Positions 1 through 8,827 of a DNA stretch of 63,228 nucleotides are shown here, one piece after another. The notes under the pieces are model-generated. The model was not told the origin of the DNA. It was given only the letters and a program-made list of their open reading frames with translations, and searched no databases. The number at the start of each line of letters is the position of its first letter. The stretch's first letter is position 1. The position numbers were made by a program, and so were the translations under genes. The DNA comes from a virus: positions 1-63,228 of the IMG/VR virus record IMGVR_UViG_3300020595_000002. One strand, written 5' to 3'.

Positions 1-60
1 ACATAGCCCCACGGCCTTCTAAGCCGTAGGTCACAGGTTCGAATCCTGTCTGGCGTACCA
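1..60 (+). tRNA. Partial tRNA-Arg(UCU), 3' portion only (same bases as 63102-63161)
   Basis: Anticodon stem ACGGC/GCCGT with loop CTTCTAA (anticodon TCT). Variable loop AGGTC. T-arm ACAGG-TTCGAAT-CCTGT. 3' acceptor strand CTGGCGT, discriminator A, CCA. Confidence 0.65.
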
Positions 61-127
61 ATAAATATAGGTGGTTAAGTCGTTAAGGCTTAATCGCTTT
101 TTTGTTTGGATATATGCCGGATATATG
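1..127. repeat. Terminal direct repeat, identical to 63102-63228; window closes on itself (unique length 63101 bp)
   Basis: Both window ends read base by base: the same 127-mer (acatagcccc...gccggatatatg). The repeat limits coincide exactly with the window limits. Confidence 0.95.
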
Positions 128-128
128 A
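107..128 (+). promoter_or_regulatory. Candidate integrase arm-type site pair TGGATATATGCCGGATATATGA (two GGATATATG half repeats)
   Basis: The exact 22-mer recurs at 62955-62976. In the circular map the two copies bracket the tRNA-like core. Confidence 0.45.
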
Positions 129-139
129 GATGAGAAAAA

Positions 140-457
140 CTAGACATCAAGCATTAATCGCTGCAGATCGGACAAACTTTCAAACCTGTCTGCCTGCGAT
201 TCTATTTCCATCACACTATCCAGTTTCATTTCTTCGCTTTCGTGGTGAGCTAACGCGACAACTGCGATTGCAATTATAGTGAGTGACGCAAAGGTAACAA
301 TAGATGCGCTCAAGATAGCAATAAGTTCATTCCTGCAAGGCTGTTTTTCTTCAGCATGATGGTCTTCATGTAGAAAAACACAGTTCTGATAAACGCACGA
401 ATCTCTTTTCGCGGAGACGGCAATTGACTCACCGTCTGCGATAATCTCTTCTTTCAT
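140..457 (-). CDS. Hypothetical membrane protein (one central TM segment), lysogeny-side accessory gene
   Basis: 105-aa ORF. SD GGGGAGG lies 7 nt before the ATG on the minus strand. Hydrophobic stretch LIAILSASIVTFASLTIIAIAVVALA. Co-oriented with the repressor. Confidence 0.6.
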   Translation of the reverse strand: MKEEIIADGESIAVSAKRDSCVYQNCVFLHEDHHAEEKQPCRNELIAILSASIVTFASLTIIAIAVVALAHHESEEMKLDSVMEIESQADRFESLSDLQRLMLDV

Positions 458-587
458 TTCAAAGCCTCCCCTGACTCTTCAACTATACACCTAACGTTAA
501 CGGAAGATTGGGGGGGGTGTCAACAACTATATATTGTCATGAATGAGAGATGTTAATTATTAGAATTAATAGGCTTTCTTATTTTGT

Positions 588-1031
588 TCAGCTTCGCCCT
601 TCCAGCTCAGATCTACGTTTTTTAATATCAATGAGTTGGTTTATTAAATTTATTAGAACATTATCGCTACCAACTTCTCTGTTTAAGGAAATTACCTGTT
701 CTTCGAGTGGATAAAGTTTATTAACCGAACTTCCGATATTCGTCTTGGCATCTCTTCCAGCACTTTGAGCAACAGATCCATTGTCTGCCGTTACGGTTAT
801 ACCCGACATGCTGGCTCGATGAAGCTCTGCAGCTGGCGCAAAGTCATGTACCGTACATTCCATAATCTCTGCCAGAGGGACAAGATACTTGCTATTTATA
901 TGTATCTCTTCTTCACCTTTCTTTTCCCACCTTTGTACGGTCCCCTGGTATGCAGCTCCAAGCCGTTCGGCTACATCTTTTTGAGTGAGCCCAAGCTCTT
1001 TCCTTAGTTTTTTAAATTGATTTCCTGTCAT
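588..1031 (-). CDS. CI-like repressor, XRE-family HTH, without a recognisable S24 autocleavage domain
   Basis: HTH signature FKKLRKELGLTQKDVAERLG...TVQRWEKKG. Start placed at ATG 1031 (SD GGAGAG) instead of the longest ORF start at 1061. No Ala-Gly or Ser..Lys peptidase motifs seen in the C-terminal half. Confidence 0.85.
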   Translation of the reverse strand: MTGNQFKKLRKELGLTQKDVAERLGAAYQGTVQRWEKKGEEEIHINSKYLVPLAEIMECTVHDFAPAAELHRASMSGITVTADNGSVAQSAGRDAKTNIGSSVNKLYPLEEQVISLNREVGSDNVLINLINQLIDIKKRRSELEGRS

Positions 1032-1061
1032 TGTCTCTCCGTAAAGTAATAACCCCTTCAC

Positions 1062-1146
1062 CGTCCATTATAGGACAACAAAAAATATATAACAAACAAA
1101 AAAATGCAACATAATGATGTTTTTTCTTGACCAGTACAACAATTAG
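1062..1146. promoter_or_regulatory. Divergent early control region between the repressor and the Cro-like gene
   Basis: AT-rich 85 bp between divergent HTH genes. TTGACC at 1127-1132. Small inverted repeats AACATaatgATGTT (1108-1121) and GTACA-n9-TGTAC (1134-1152) are operator candidates. Confidence 0.5.
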
Positions 1147-1434
1147 ATGTACAAGGATGTTATGGAAAGAAAAAATGATGTAAAAAAACTTGTTTTGAAG
1201 AAGATGAAGAAGAAAGGCCACGTTATAAGCAGAGGTCTTTTGAACTTGTATCTTAGCGGAGAAAGAAACCCTTCATTTGAAAGGGCTAAGGCTTTCTCTG
1301 ATATTCTTCTATCACCTGTCGATATCTGGAAAATACAGAAGAAATATCGACAAAGGATGGTATATCTGAAAAGGTATTCAAAAGCTACAAATACATATTT
1401 ATGTTGTAAAAGGGGGAGGCCCAGAAAGTGTTAA
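1147..1434 (+). CDS. Cro/YdaS-like small HTH regulator
   Basis: Divergent from the repressor. The segment LSGERNPSFERAKAFSDIL resembles YdaS/Cro-type HTH. Start uncertain (alternative ATG at 1162). Confidence 0.5.
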   Translation: MYKDVMERKNDVKKLVLKKMKKKGHVISRGLLNLYLSGERNPSFERAKAFSDILLSPVDIWKIQKKYRQRMVYLKRYSKATNTYLCCKRGRPRKC

Positions 1435-1706
1435 TTGAGAACGTTGAAGACCTTAGACAATTTTTGAGAGATGAAATTTCAGCGATAGCCAAGGCTTCCC
1501 ATGGAACAGACGATCTGCTCACAGAAACAGAGGCAGCTGGTTTTTTAAGAAAGAGGCCGAAAACATTGGCTAACTGGAGAACGCAGAACAAAGGACCGAA
1601 GTACATTTATGACGGAAAGATCCTTTATAAGTATGGCGATCTACTGGAGTTTGTTGAGCAGAAAACCATAAATCCAAACGGGACCGGAAATGAAAAACAA
1701 AATTAA
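1428..1706 (+). CDS. Excisionase/AlpA-type (MerR-like HTH_17) DNA-binding protein
   Basis: LLTETEAAGFLRKRPKTLANWRTQNKGPKYIYDGKILYKYGDLLEFV matches the excisionase-family HTH pattern. Confidence 0.6.
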   Translation: MLIENVEDLRQFLRDEISAIAKASHGTDDLLTETEAAGFLRKRPKTLANWRTQNKGPKYIYDGKILYKYGDLLEFVEQKTINPNGTGNEKQN

Positions 1707-1812
1707 AACCTTTCTCGAAGAGACATTCTTTCCGGCTCTACCTGTAACTTTTTTGTTCATTGTTGGAGCGTATCTTTTTCTTACTCAACTTGCTGAATAC
1801 GGCTGGAAATAA
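1690..1812 (+). CDS. Possible 40-aa single-TM protein (below the ORF-track cutoff)
   Basis: Translates to MKNKIKTFLEETFFPALPVTFLFIVGAYLFLTQLAEYGWK. Fills the gap before 1836. Weak SD. Confidence 0.3.
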   Translation: MKNKIKTFLEETFFPALPVTFLFIVGAYLFLTQLAEYGWK

Positions 1813-1835
1813 CAATCAAAACTCAGGGAGCTAAT

Positions 1836-3794
1836 ATGAAACTATTATCACTCGTTTTACACAATTTCAAAGGAATCAAGGAACAGAAAATAGATTTCAA
1901 TGGTGAAGACCTTGTTATCTACGGCGATAACGCCACCGGCAAAACCACTATTGCAGACGCTTTTTTCTGGCTTCTCTTTGACAAAGATTCTCAGAACAAA
2001 AAACAGTTTGAGATTAAAACTCTCGACAAGGACGGCAAAGCCATTCCCAAGCTGGATCATTCAGTTGATGGTGTTTTTGAAACCGAAAACGGCAAGACCA
2101 TTAAACTGAAGAAGGTTTATGCTGAGAAGTACACCAAGAAACGAGGTCAGGCCAGGGCAGATTTTACCGGTCATACCACAGATTATTACATCAACGATGC
2201 GCCCAAGAAGAAAAATGAATTTGTCGCAAAGGTTGGTGAGCTCACCGCAGACGAAAAGAAGTTTCAACTTCTCACTTCTCCATATTTCTTTCCAGAAAAA
2301 ATGTCATGGCAGGACCAGCGCGACCTTATTCTTGAGGTGTGCGGAGATATTAACGATGCTGATGTTATTGCCAGTGACCCAGACCTTGCCGAGCTTCCCG
2401 CTCTCATGGAAGATAAAACCCTTGACGAGTTCAAGGCTATGGTCCAGGGACAGAAGCGTGATGCCAACAAGAAACTTGAGGGTATTCCGGCAAGAGTTGA
2501 CGAAGCTACAAGAGCCATTCCTGATCTTACCGTTAAAAACGCTCAGCCAATTATTGCCAAACTGAAGACGCTGAATGAAAAACTGGAGATCAAGAAAGAA
2601 GAAATCTCTTCTTTGAAATCTTGTGGCGGAGTTGAGCAGAAGAAACTTGAACTTGTCAACCTTGACACTGCTATTGGCGAGGCGAGGAATAAGCATAACG
2701 CCGGTGCCGATACCGAGGCAATTGAAGAGAAGCGTAAGGAATTGCGGAAGATTCGGAACGATATTGATGATCTTGATCGCAGTATCAAGACCAAAGAGCA
2801 GGATCTTGCAATGTGCAAGATGTCTATTGTTGATGCCAACGACAAGATAGTAGACACTCTTGCGAACTGGAAGCAAGTCAAGGCTCGTCAATACTCAGGA
2901 GACAATACCTGTCCTACCTGCAGTCAGTCTCTTCCTGAAGACCAAATCCAATCAGCCATTGCCAAGTTCAACGAGAACAAGGCAAACGAGCTGGAAAAGA
3001 TTGTGGAAAGAGGGAACGCGACTAAAGCCAAGAAAGAGAGTTTTGAGAACCTTATCAGTAAAACAGAGATTGAACTGACCACAGACCGAAAAACTCTTTC
3101 AGAATGGCAGGAGCAGTCCAAGGAAATCCAGGGAACAATCAAGTCTCTCACCGAAGATGCACCAACCTTTGAGGAAACTCCAGAGCACAAACAGCTCATG
3201 GAAGACCGAGCCAAGATTGAAGAGGAAATAAAGTCTATCCAGGACGGCAATTCACAAGGTGCCGAAAAAGCAGTTGCCGAGAAAGAAGCGCTTGAGGCCG
3301 AGATCAAAGAAAATAACGACCTTATCTCTGCAATCAACCTTACTCAGAGGCAGCAGGACAGAATAGCCGAACTTGAGGAAGAAGAGAAAGCGCTCTCCGC
3401 TGAATATGAAAAACTGGAATCATGGCTTTTCCTTATCGAGTCATTCATTAAGGCAAAAGTCTCAATGCTTGAGTCAAAAATAAATTCAAAGTTTGAGGTT
3501 GTCACATTCAAACTTTTTAACGAACAGATCAATGAGGGTATCAAAGAAACCTGTGAGGTTATGATTAACGGTGTTCCTTATGGTTCTCTCAATTCGGCTG
3601 CTCGTGTCCATGCTGGTCTTGATATTATCAAGACCCTTTCAGAATATTACAACTTTACTCCACCAATATTCATTGACAACAGGGAGTCTGTTACCTCTCT
3701 GCCAGAAATGAAAGCCCAGGTTGTCAGCCTGGTTGTTTCAGGAGAAGACACAGCAATGCGGATTCGACAGGCTGAAACTGCCAAGGCCGCGTAG
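1836..3794 (+). CDS. SbcC/Rad50-like AAA ATPase with coiled coil and CxxC hook
   Basis: N-terminal LHNFKGI...GDNATGKTT (Walker A). Long central coiled coil containing CPTCSQ. C-terminal PIFIDNRES (Walker B-like). Confidence 0.8.
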   Translation: MKLLSLVLHNFKGIKEQKIDFNGEDLVIYGDNATGKTTIADAFFWLLFDKDSQNKKQFEIKTLDKDGKAIPKLDHSVDGVFETENGKTIKLKKVYAEKYTKKRGQARADFTGHTTDYYINDAPKKKNEFVAKVGELTADEKKFQLLTSPYFFPEKMSWQDQRDLILEVCGDINDADVIASDPDLAELPALMEDKTLDEFKAMVQGQKRDANKKLEGIPARVDEATRAIPDLTVKNAQPIIAKLKTLNEKLEIKKEEISSLKSCGGVEQKKLELVNLDTAIGEARNKHNAGADTEAIEEKRKELRKIRNDIDDLDRSIKTKEQDLAMCKMSIVDANDKIVDTLANWKQVKARQYSGDNTCPTCSQSLPEDQIQSAIAKFNENKANELEKIVERGNATKAKKESFENLISKTEIELTTDRKTLSEWQEQSKEIQGTIKSLTEDAPTFEETPEHKQLMEDRAKIEEEIKSIQDGNSQGAEKAVAEKEALEAEIKENNDLISAINLTQRQQDRIAELEEEEKALSAEYEKLESWLFLIESFIKAKVSMLESKINSKFEVVTFKLFNEQINEGIKETCEVMINGVPYGSLNSAARVHAGLDIIKTLSEYYNFTPPIFIDNRESVTSLPEMKAQVVSLVVSGEDTAMRIRQAETAKAA

Positions 3795-3912
3795 AAAAAC
3801 CCCCAAGAGAGGGAGAGGTTGCTTGCATATGAAAGCACAGGTTGAGCGCTGACCTGCCGGATAGCTACCGGACCTCTCCAGTGTTTAAACAATTTACCTA
3901 ACGAGGGACATC

Positions 3913-4764
3913 ATGGGAAATAACAACGGAAGAGCATTAACGCCAGTGGCAAAGCTAAAGAACGTCATGGCTTCTGAGTCAGTACAAGAGCAATTCAAAA
4001 ATGCGATGAACGAGAAGAAGGATCTTTTCATTGCCTCATTAATCGACCTTTACGCCAGCGATACCTACCTGCAGAACTGCGAACCAAACCAAGTGGTAAT
4101 GGAGGCGCTGAAAGCAGCCACCCTTAACCTGCCTATCAATAAATCGCTCGGATTCGCTTACATCGTACCGTACAAAAAGAGCGGCAAGCAAATTCCTCAA
4201 TTCCAGATGGGCTACAAAGGCATGATCCAACTTGCCATGAGAACCGGCCAGTATTCAGTGATTAACGCTGACGTGGTTTATGAAGGTGAGTACCAAGGCT
4301 TTGAAAAGCTGACCGGAAAACTTGATATATCCGGTGACAAAAAGAGCGATAAAGTTGTTGGTTATTTCGCTCACATTGAAACAGTCAACGGCTTCAAGAA
4401 AACCATGTACATGACTGTCGAGGACATGCAGAAACACGGCAAGAAGTACAGCAAGTCATATGACAAAGACTTTTCTCCATGGAAAACAGAGTTTGACGGC
4501 ATGGCAAAAAAGACCATGCTTCGGGCCCTGCTTGGAAAATACGGCATCATGACCGTGGAAATGGCAGATGGCCTAGCTAAAGACGAAAACGACAATGAAG
4601 CTGATTATACCAACTATGCCAACAGTGAAATCATTGACGTTGAGCCACCAAAAAACATTGACATGAAAACCGGAGAAGTAACCGACCCCGAAGACCAGCA
4701 GGAAGAGGAACCACCAGTACCACCAGAAACCAAGCAAGAAGAACTTCCGGGCTTCGCGCAATGA
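3913..4764 (+). CDS. recT: RecT-family single-strand annealing recombinase
   Basis: LNLPINKSLGFAYIVPY...QFQMGYKGMIQLAMRTGQY is a typical RecT core. Acidic C-terminal tail. Confidence 0.85.
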   Translation: MGNNNGRALTPVAKLKNVMASESVQEQFKNAMNEKKDLFIASLIDLYASDTYLQNCEPNQVVMEALKAATLNLPINKSLGFAYIVPYKKSGKQIPQFQMGYKGMIQLAMRTGQYSVINADVVYEGEYQGFEKLTGKLDISGDKKSDKVVGYFAHIETVNGFKKTMYMTVEDMQKHGKKYSKSYDKDFSPWKTEFDGMAKKTMLRALLGKYGIMTVEMADGLAKDENDNEADYTNYANSEIIDVEPPKNIDMKTGEVTDPEDQQEEEPPVPPETKQEELPGFAQ

Positions 4765-5462
4765 TTGATATTCAAGTAATCGCGTCCAGTAGCAAAGGAA
4801 ATTGCTACAGAATAACAGACGGCTACACACCTTTGCTCCTGGAATGTGGACTACCAATCAAGAAGATTAAGGAAGCTCTGAACTTCAAGCTCTCAAGTAT
4901 TGCTGGTTGCCTGGTTTCTCATTCACACATGGATCATGTCAAGGCCGCAAAGGACATCGTTAAGGCAGGAATTGGCCTGTACTGCTCAGAAGAAACAGCG
5001 GAAGCCGTGAACGTCTCAGGCCACAGAGTTCATCACGTCAGCCCGATGAAACACTTCACCATTAAATCGTGGACTGTTCTGGCGTTTCCAACGGTTCATG
5101 ATGTCTCAGGATCATATGGCTACTTGCTGGCAAACGGTGCCGGAGAAAAGCTGTTGTTCCTCACCGATTCAAGCTACTGCAAATATCGGTTTAAAGGACT
5201 CACACATTTAATGCTAGAGGCCAATTTCTCCCAAGCCATCCTCGACCGCAACGTTGAGCAAGGAATTGTCGAAGAAGTCAGGCGAAAGCGTTTGATGGAA
5301 TCGCATTTCAGTATTGAGCGAGTTCTTGATCTGCTTGAGAGGAATGATCTTTCTAGTCTCGTTTCTATTTATCTGATGCACTTGTCCGATGAAAATAGCG
5401 ATGAAGAAAACTTTAAACGACTGGTGCAGCAGAAAACTGGTGTGCCGGTTGTTGTCTGTTGA
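4761..5462 (+). CDS. Metallo-beta-lactamase-fold hydrolase (recombination-associated nuclease candidate)
   Basis: HxHxDH motif (HSHMDH). Overlaps the recT stop by 4 nt. Confidence 0.8.
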   Translation: MIDIQVIASSSKGNCYRITDGYTPLLLECGLPIKKIKEALNFKLSSIAGCLVSHSHMDHVKAAKDIVKAGIGLYCSEETAEAVNVSGHRVHHVSPMKHFTIKSWTVLAFPTVHDVSGSYGYLLANGAGEKLLFLTDSSYCKYRFKGLTHLMLEANFSQAILDRNVEQGIVEEVRRKRLMESHFSIERVLDLLERNDLSSLVSIYLMHLSDENSDEENFKRLVQQKTGVPVVVC

Positions 5463-5476
5463 AAATGGAGGAAAAT

Positions 5477-5758
5477 ATGAACGAAACACCCCAAGGAGTC
5501 GTTGCTGTTCTTGTCGCAGACGACGGGAGAGAGATCGCCAATGCCACCGACTTTCACGCTGGCGCACCTGGCGGGTTCAAGCAACAAGAAGCGCAGAGAA
5601 TACGGGCAAGCAGGATGCTGGCTTTGAAAACAATGAGAGAGTTAGCAAGCCCGTTGTTGAGCAATTCAATCGAAGAACATCAAGCTGATGCGATCTTGCG
5701 AAAAATGTGCGAACGTGGCTGCAAAGTCGTGATTGTTCCGGTTGGATATGATGATTGA
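5477..5758 (+). CDS. Hypothetical protein
   Basis: ORF with a GGAGG SD 5 nt before ATG 5477. The longest ORF starts at TTG 5459. Confidence 0.55.
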   Translation: MNETPQGVVAVLVADDGREIANATDFHAGAPGGFKQQEAQRIRASRMLALKTMRELASPLLSNSIEEHQADAILRKMCERGCKVVIVPVGYDD

Positions 5759-5928
5759 CACCATTACACGATTTGGTTGGCGTGCGAAGGAGCGCGGGCA
5801 TGAAAAAAATAAATCAGCAGCATCCGAGTTATGCGAGAGCCTGGACGCAGGATGCAAAATGCGGTTGTGCTCCTTCTCACGCCAACTAGGTTAATAAATA
5901 CCAACGAAGAAAACTTTAAAGGATAACT

Positions 5929-6144
5929 ATGTCTGCAAACACCTTCCTCTATACGGCAATTGGTATTTTAGCTCTCACTCTCTCAAGCGGAAACTTTGAC
6001 CTCATAGATGCCGTTACAGTGTCAACCTTTCTGATTTTATGGAAGCTCGAAGAGATCCGCCAGGCGATACTCGCAAAGCACAATCTTTTTTGTGAAGACA
6101 TAAATCTTTTTGTGAAAAAAGAAGAATGTAAGGAAGAGGAATAA
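5929..6144 (+). CDS. Hypothetical small membrane protein
   Basis: SD AAGGA. Hydrophobic N-terminal half. Confidence 0.55.
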   Translation: MSANTFLYTAIGILALTLSSGNFDLIDAVTVSTFLILWKLEEIRQAILAKHNLFCEDINLFVKKEECKEEE

Positions 6145-6146
6145 CC

Positions 6147-6530
6147 ATGGAATGTTCATGTGAAATAGAAACCTACAACGACGACTATGATCCTGTTCAG
6201 CTTTTCAACCGTAAAACCAGAAAAGCCAGGAAGACTCACAAGTGCAGTGCTTGCCACCGTGAGATCTTGCGAGGTGAAGAGTACGAGTTCTGGTCATATT
6301 TATTTGAAGGAAAGTTCTGGGAAGACAAGATCTGTAATGATTGCATGAGCGCAAGCTATATTTTCTTCCCTGGCAGTGGATTTTGCCCTCAAGAACTTTG
6401 GGGAGAAATAAAAAACTTTATAGACAATTCCTGTGGAGAAATCCCTGAGGATTGCATTGTCAAACTTACCCCGCTGGCAAGAGTAAAGGTTTGTGATCTT
6501 ATTCAGCAGTTCTTTGTTCGGGATTATTAA
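6147..6530 (+). CDS. Hypothetical Cys-rich protein
   Basis: SD GAGGA. Several CxxC-like pairs. Confidence 0.6.
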   Translation: MECSCEIETYNDDYDPVQLFNRKTRKARKTHKCSACHREILRGEEYEFWSYLFEGKFWEDKICNDCMSASYIFFPGSGFCPQELWGEIKNFIDNSCGEIPEDCIVKLTPLARVKVCDLIQQFFVRDY

Positions 6531-6542
6531 AAAGGAATAACC

Positions 6543-6776
6543 ATGGGAAAATACGGATTATCAGGAAACAGTGGTTTTGTCTCAAGTGAGTTGCATATCG
6601 CCAGGTCTTACGATTCAAACGGAAAGGTTTTTGTAGAGACGAATGACGAAGAATACGGTGTTTGGTGGGAAAGAGTAGACGAAGATAAAGCCAAGAAAGA
6701 AGACCTTCCAATTATTTCCTGTTCAATGTGCGAAAAAATCTGCTGTCTCTCTCGATCATCATTGGCCACATTATAG
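6543..6776 (+). CDS. Hypothetical protein
   Basis: Shares the AGGAATAACCATGG translation-initiation context with 6147. Confidence 0.5.
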   Translation: MGKYGLSGNSGFVSSELHIARSYDSNGKVFVETNDEEYGVWWERVDEDKAKKEDLPIISCSMCEKICCLSRSSLATL

Positions 6777-6842
6777 CGACAATAACCGATGTAAAGACCA
6801 TTACGGTAAATAGGCATCCTATCAACCTCAAAGGAGAACCCA

Positions 6843-7082
6843 ATGAAAAACCAAAACCAAAAACAACCAGAAATCGCCATAGCCCCCGTTAAATCATCCA
6901 GCCTGGCCGGAGCCGGATTCGACGAAAAAACCGGAACCATGGCAGTGCTGTTCCGCAACGGCAGGAAATATCATTATCCAAATGTTACCCGAAAGGACTT
7001 TGACGAGCTCATGAACGCCAAAAGCGCCGGTAAGCACTTCAACCAGGTTATTCGTGGCAAGTTTGAGAGCGTGGCTGTTTAA
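6843..7082 (+). CDS. KTSC domain protein
   Basis: SSSLAGAGFDEKTGTMAVLFRNGRKYHYPNVTRKDFDELMNAKSAGKHFN fits the KTSC domain pattern. Confidence 0.7.
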   Translation: MKNQNQKQPEIAIAPVKSSSLAGAGFDEKTGTMAVLFRNGRKYHYPNVTRKDFDELMNAKSAGKHFNQVIRGKFESVAV

Positions 7083-7116
7083 TCCTTAACCTTCAATTAG
7101 AGAAAGGAAGAGAAGA

Positions 7117-7347
7117 ATGTATAACAAATCAATGTTACTGAAAATGCTTCAGAAAATGCTTCAGTCAATGTCACTTTCTGTAATGTTTGAAGCATTTACC
7201 CCACACAATGCACCATACCCAAACAGTAATTCTGGATCTTATTCAAGTTGGACAAAGCGCGGCCTGGCAGCAAAGAAAAAAGCAAAGAATCGCAGGAGAA
7301 ATAAGATAGCCAGGCAGTCACGCAGGATTAACCGCAGAGTTAATTAG
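7117..7347 (+). CDS. Hypothetical protein with an arginine-rich C-terminal tail
   Basis: SD AAGGAAGAG. Tail AAKKKAKNRRRNKIARQSRRINRRVN. Contains a 12-nt tandem duplication (aaaatgcttcag x2 at 7141-7164). Confidence 0.55.
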   Translation: MYNKSMLLKMLQKMLQSMSLSVMFEAFTPHNAPYPNSNSGSYSSWTKRGLAAKKKAKNRRRNKIARQSRRINRRVN

Positions 7348-7357
7348 CTGGTTTGTT

Positions 7358-8065
7358 ATGAGCGGAGCCCACCCAAGATTAAGCCTGGACAGGTGCCTTG
7401 TTACTGGCGGATGCAAAGCCACATTTCAACTTGAATCTATCTTTTGGACTTTGTGCAAGGCGAAACAACACGCATATAGAAAATCGCACTTTGACAAAAT
7501 TCCTGTCTTTTGCGACCTCTGCGATAAAACCACTCTTCCCAAGGAAGTAACCATATCAAAGTTGACGGTTGTCAACCCAAACGAAAAAAAGGCTGAAAAG
7601 ATGGCTGAAAAAGTAACTGGTCAATGCGAGATGTGCGAGAAAGAGAACAAGGAGCTTTTTTCTCATACAGAAAAAATGGTGTGCACTACTTGCAAAGCCG
7701 CCCGTAGCTATATCATAAATAACCCTGAAGCTGCGCTTGATGCTATTCGTCACCGTTACACTCTTCACGGTTTTTTGAATGACGAAGAAAAGAAGATGGT
7801 TGCTGCTGATTTAATGACCGTCGTTGGTGGTTTGCAGGATGAGGTTGAAAGGCTGAGTGCTCAGGTTAAGGATGCTGAACAGCCCTTGAGAAGCCTGGCA
7901 TATCCAGAACCTTGTCACGAGACAAACGGGGCAGAGATTGAGAACAAATGCAACAAAGTGGCTTGGGATATTGCTATGGATGCGGTCAGGGGAACCGTGA
8001 AGGGAATTACACCCATTCACCTCAACGCTATTCGCAACATTCATAAGGTAGCAGAACATGAGTGA
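7358..8065 (+). CDS. Hypothetical protein
   Basis: 235-aa ORF in the co-directional gene array. No clear SD, so the start is uncertain. Confidence 0.5.
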   Translation: MSGAHPRLSLDRCLVTGGCKATFQLESIFWTLCKAKQHAYRKSHFDKIPVFCDLCDKTTLPKEVTISKLTVVNPNEKKAEKMAEKVTGQCEMCEKENKELFSHTEKMVCTTCKAARSYIINNPEAALDAIRHRYTLHGFLNDEEKKMVAADLMTVVGGLQDEVERLSAQVKDAEQPLRSLAYPEPCHETNGAEIENKCNKVAWDIAMDAVRGTVKGITPIHLNAIRNIHKVAEHE

Positions 8066-8348
8066 AACCAGGACGCCAGAGATTATTTGGGAAGTGTCAT
8101 TGCCTGGATGCAAAGGCAAAAAACAGCTTAAAATTGAACTGTTTCCTGCCTCGCTATGGCGTGAATATGCAATGAGAATAAAAGACAGGAAACGGTTTTC
8201 TCCAAAGATTCCGTCCCTGCCTGATGCAATGAATGAGTATTACGCAACCAGGTATCGAATCCGCGTAAATGGTCGTTTTGTTCTGGGACCAAAGAAGACC
8301 TTTTTGACGTTTAGTAAGGAAGAGATTTTTCAAAAATACATGGCTTAA
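8058..8348 (+). CDS. Hypothetical protein
   Basis: 8-nt overlap with the upstream gene (start ATG 8058, upstream stop TGA 8063-8065). Confidence 0.55.
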   Translation: MSETRTPEIIWEVSLPGCKGKKQLKIELFPASLWREYAMRIKDRKRFSPKIPSLPDAMNEYYATRYRIRVNGRFVLGPKKTFLTFSKEEIFQKYMA

Positions 8349-8350
8349 CA

Positions 8351-8815
8351 ATGACAAAGATCAAAACCATAGAAATGGAAGTTGCTCTTGCAAACCACAT
8401 TAACCCAAGAGCCAACCTAATCGTTCCAAATGTCCATTGGGGGTTGTTTATTCATGAATGTGACATCTTGGTTATAACGAAAGCCGGTTATGCCTGGGAA
8501 GTCGAAATTAAGGTAACCAAGGCCGATCTTCTCAATGATAAAAAGAAAAAACACGGACACAAAGATCACAGAATTAAAAACTTGTATTTTGCCATTCCTC
8601 ATTACTTGAAAGAGCACATTGACCACATTCCAGAACGAGCAGGAATCATCATCGTTAATGAAAGAAAAAGGTGCAAGGTTGTTCGCAAGCCGAAATCAAA
8701 CAAGAATCCGTACAAGTTCAGCGAAAAAGAACGGTATCAGGTTGCAAGACTTGGAGCTATGCGAATGTGGACCTTGAAAAGAAACATTATACGGCTGTCT
8801 GCAGCTGCTAAATAA
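8351..8815 (+). CDS. MmcB-like PD-(D/E)XK nuclease-fold protein
   Basis: CDILVITKAGYAWEVEIKVTKADLLND ... LYFAIP ... IPERAGIIIV follows the D...E.K core and the MmcB-type order. Confidence 0.6.
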   Translation: MTKIKTIEMEVALANHINPRANLIVPNVHWGLFIHECDILVITKAGYAWEVEIKVTKADLLNDKKKKHGHKDHRIKNLYFAIPHYLKEHIDHIPERAGIIIVNERKRCKVVRKPKSNKNPYKFSEKERYQVARLGAMRMWTLKRNIIRLSAAAK

Positions 8816-8827
8816 AGGAGAATCCAA

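Noticed and set aside
61-106. Intrinsic terminator after the tRNA-like CCA (ggttaagtcgttaaggcttaatcgctttttt).
   Set aside because: A T6 run is present, but I could not draw a convincing stem immediately upstream.
2304-2891. 195-aa minus-strand ORF, and other antisense ORFs at 1857-3544, inside the SbcC-like gene.
   Set aside because: They are fully embedded antisense to a gene with clear ATPase motifs. They have no SD and a low-complexity translation. They are shadow ORFs.
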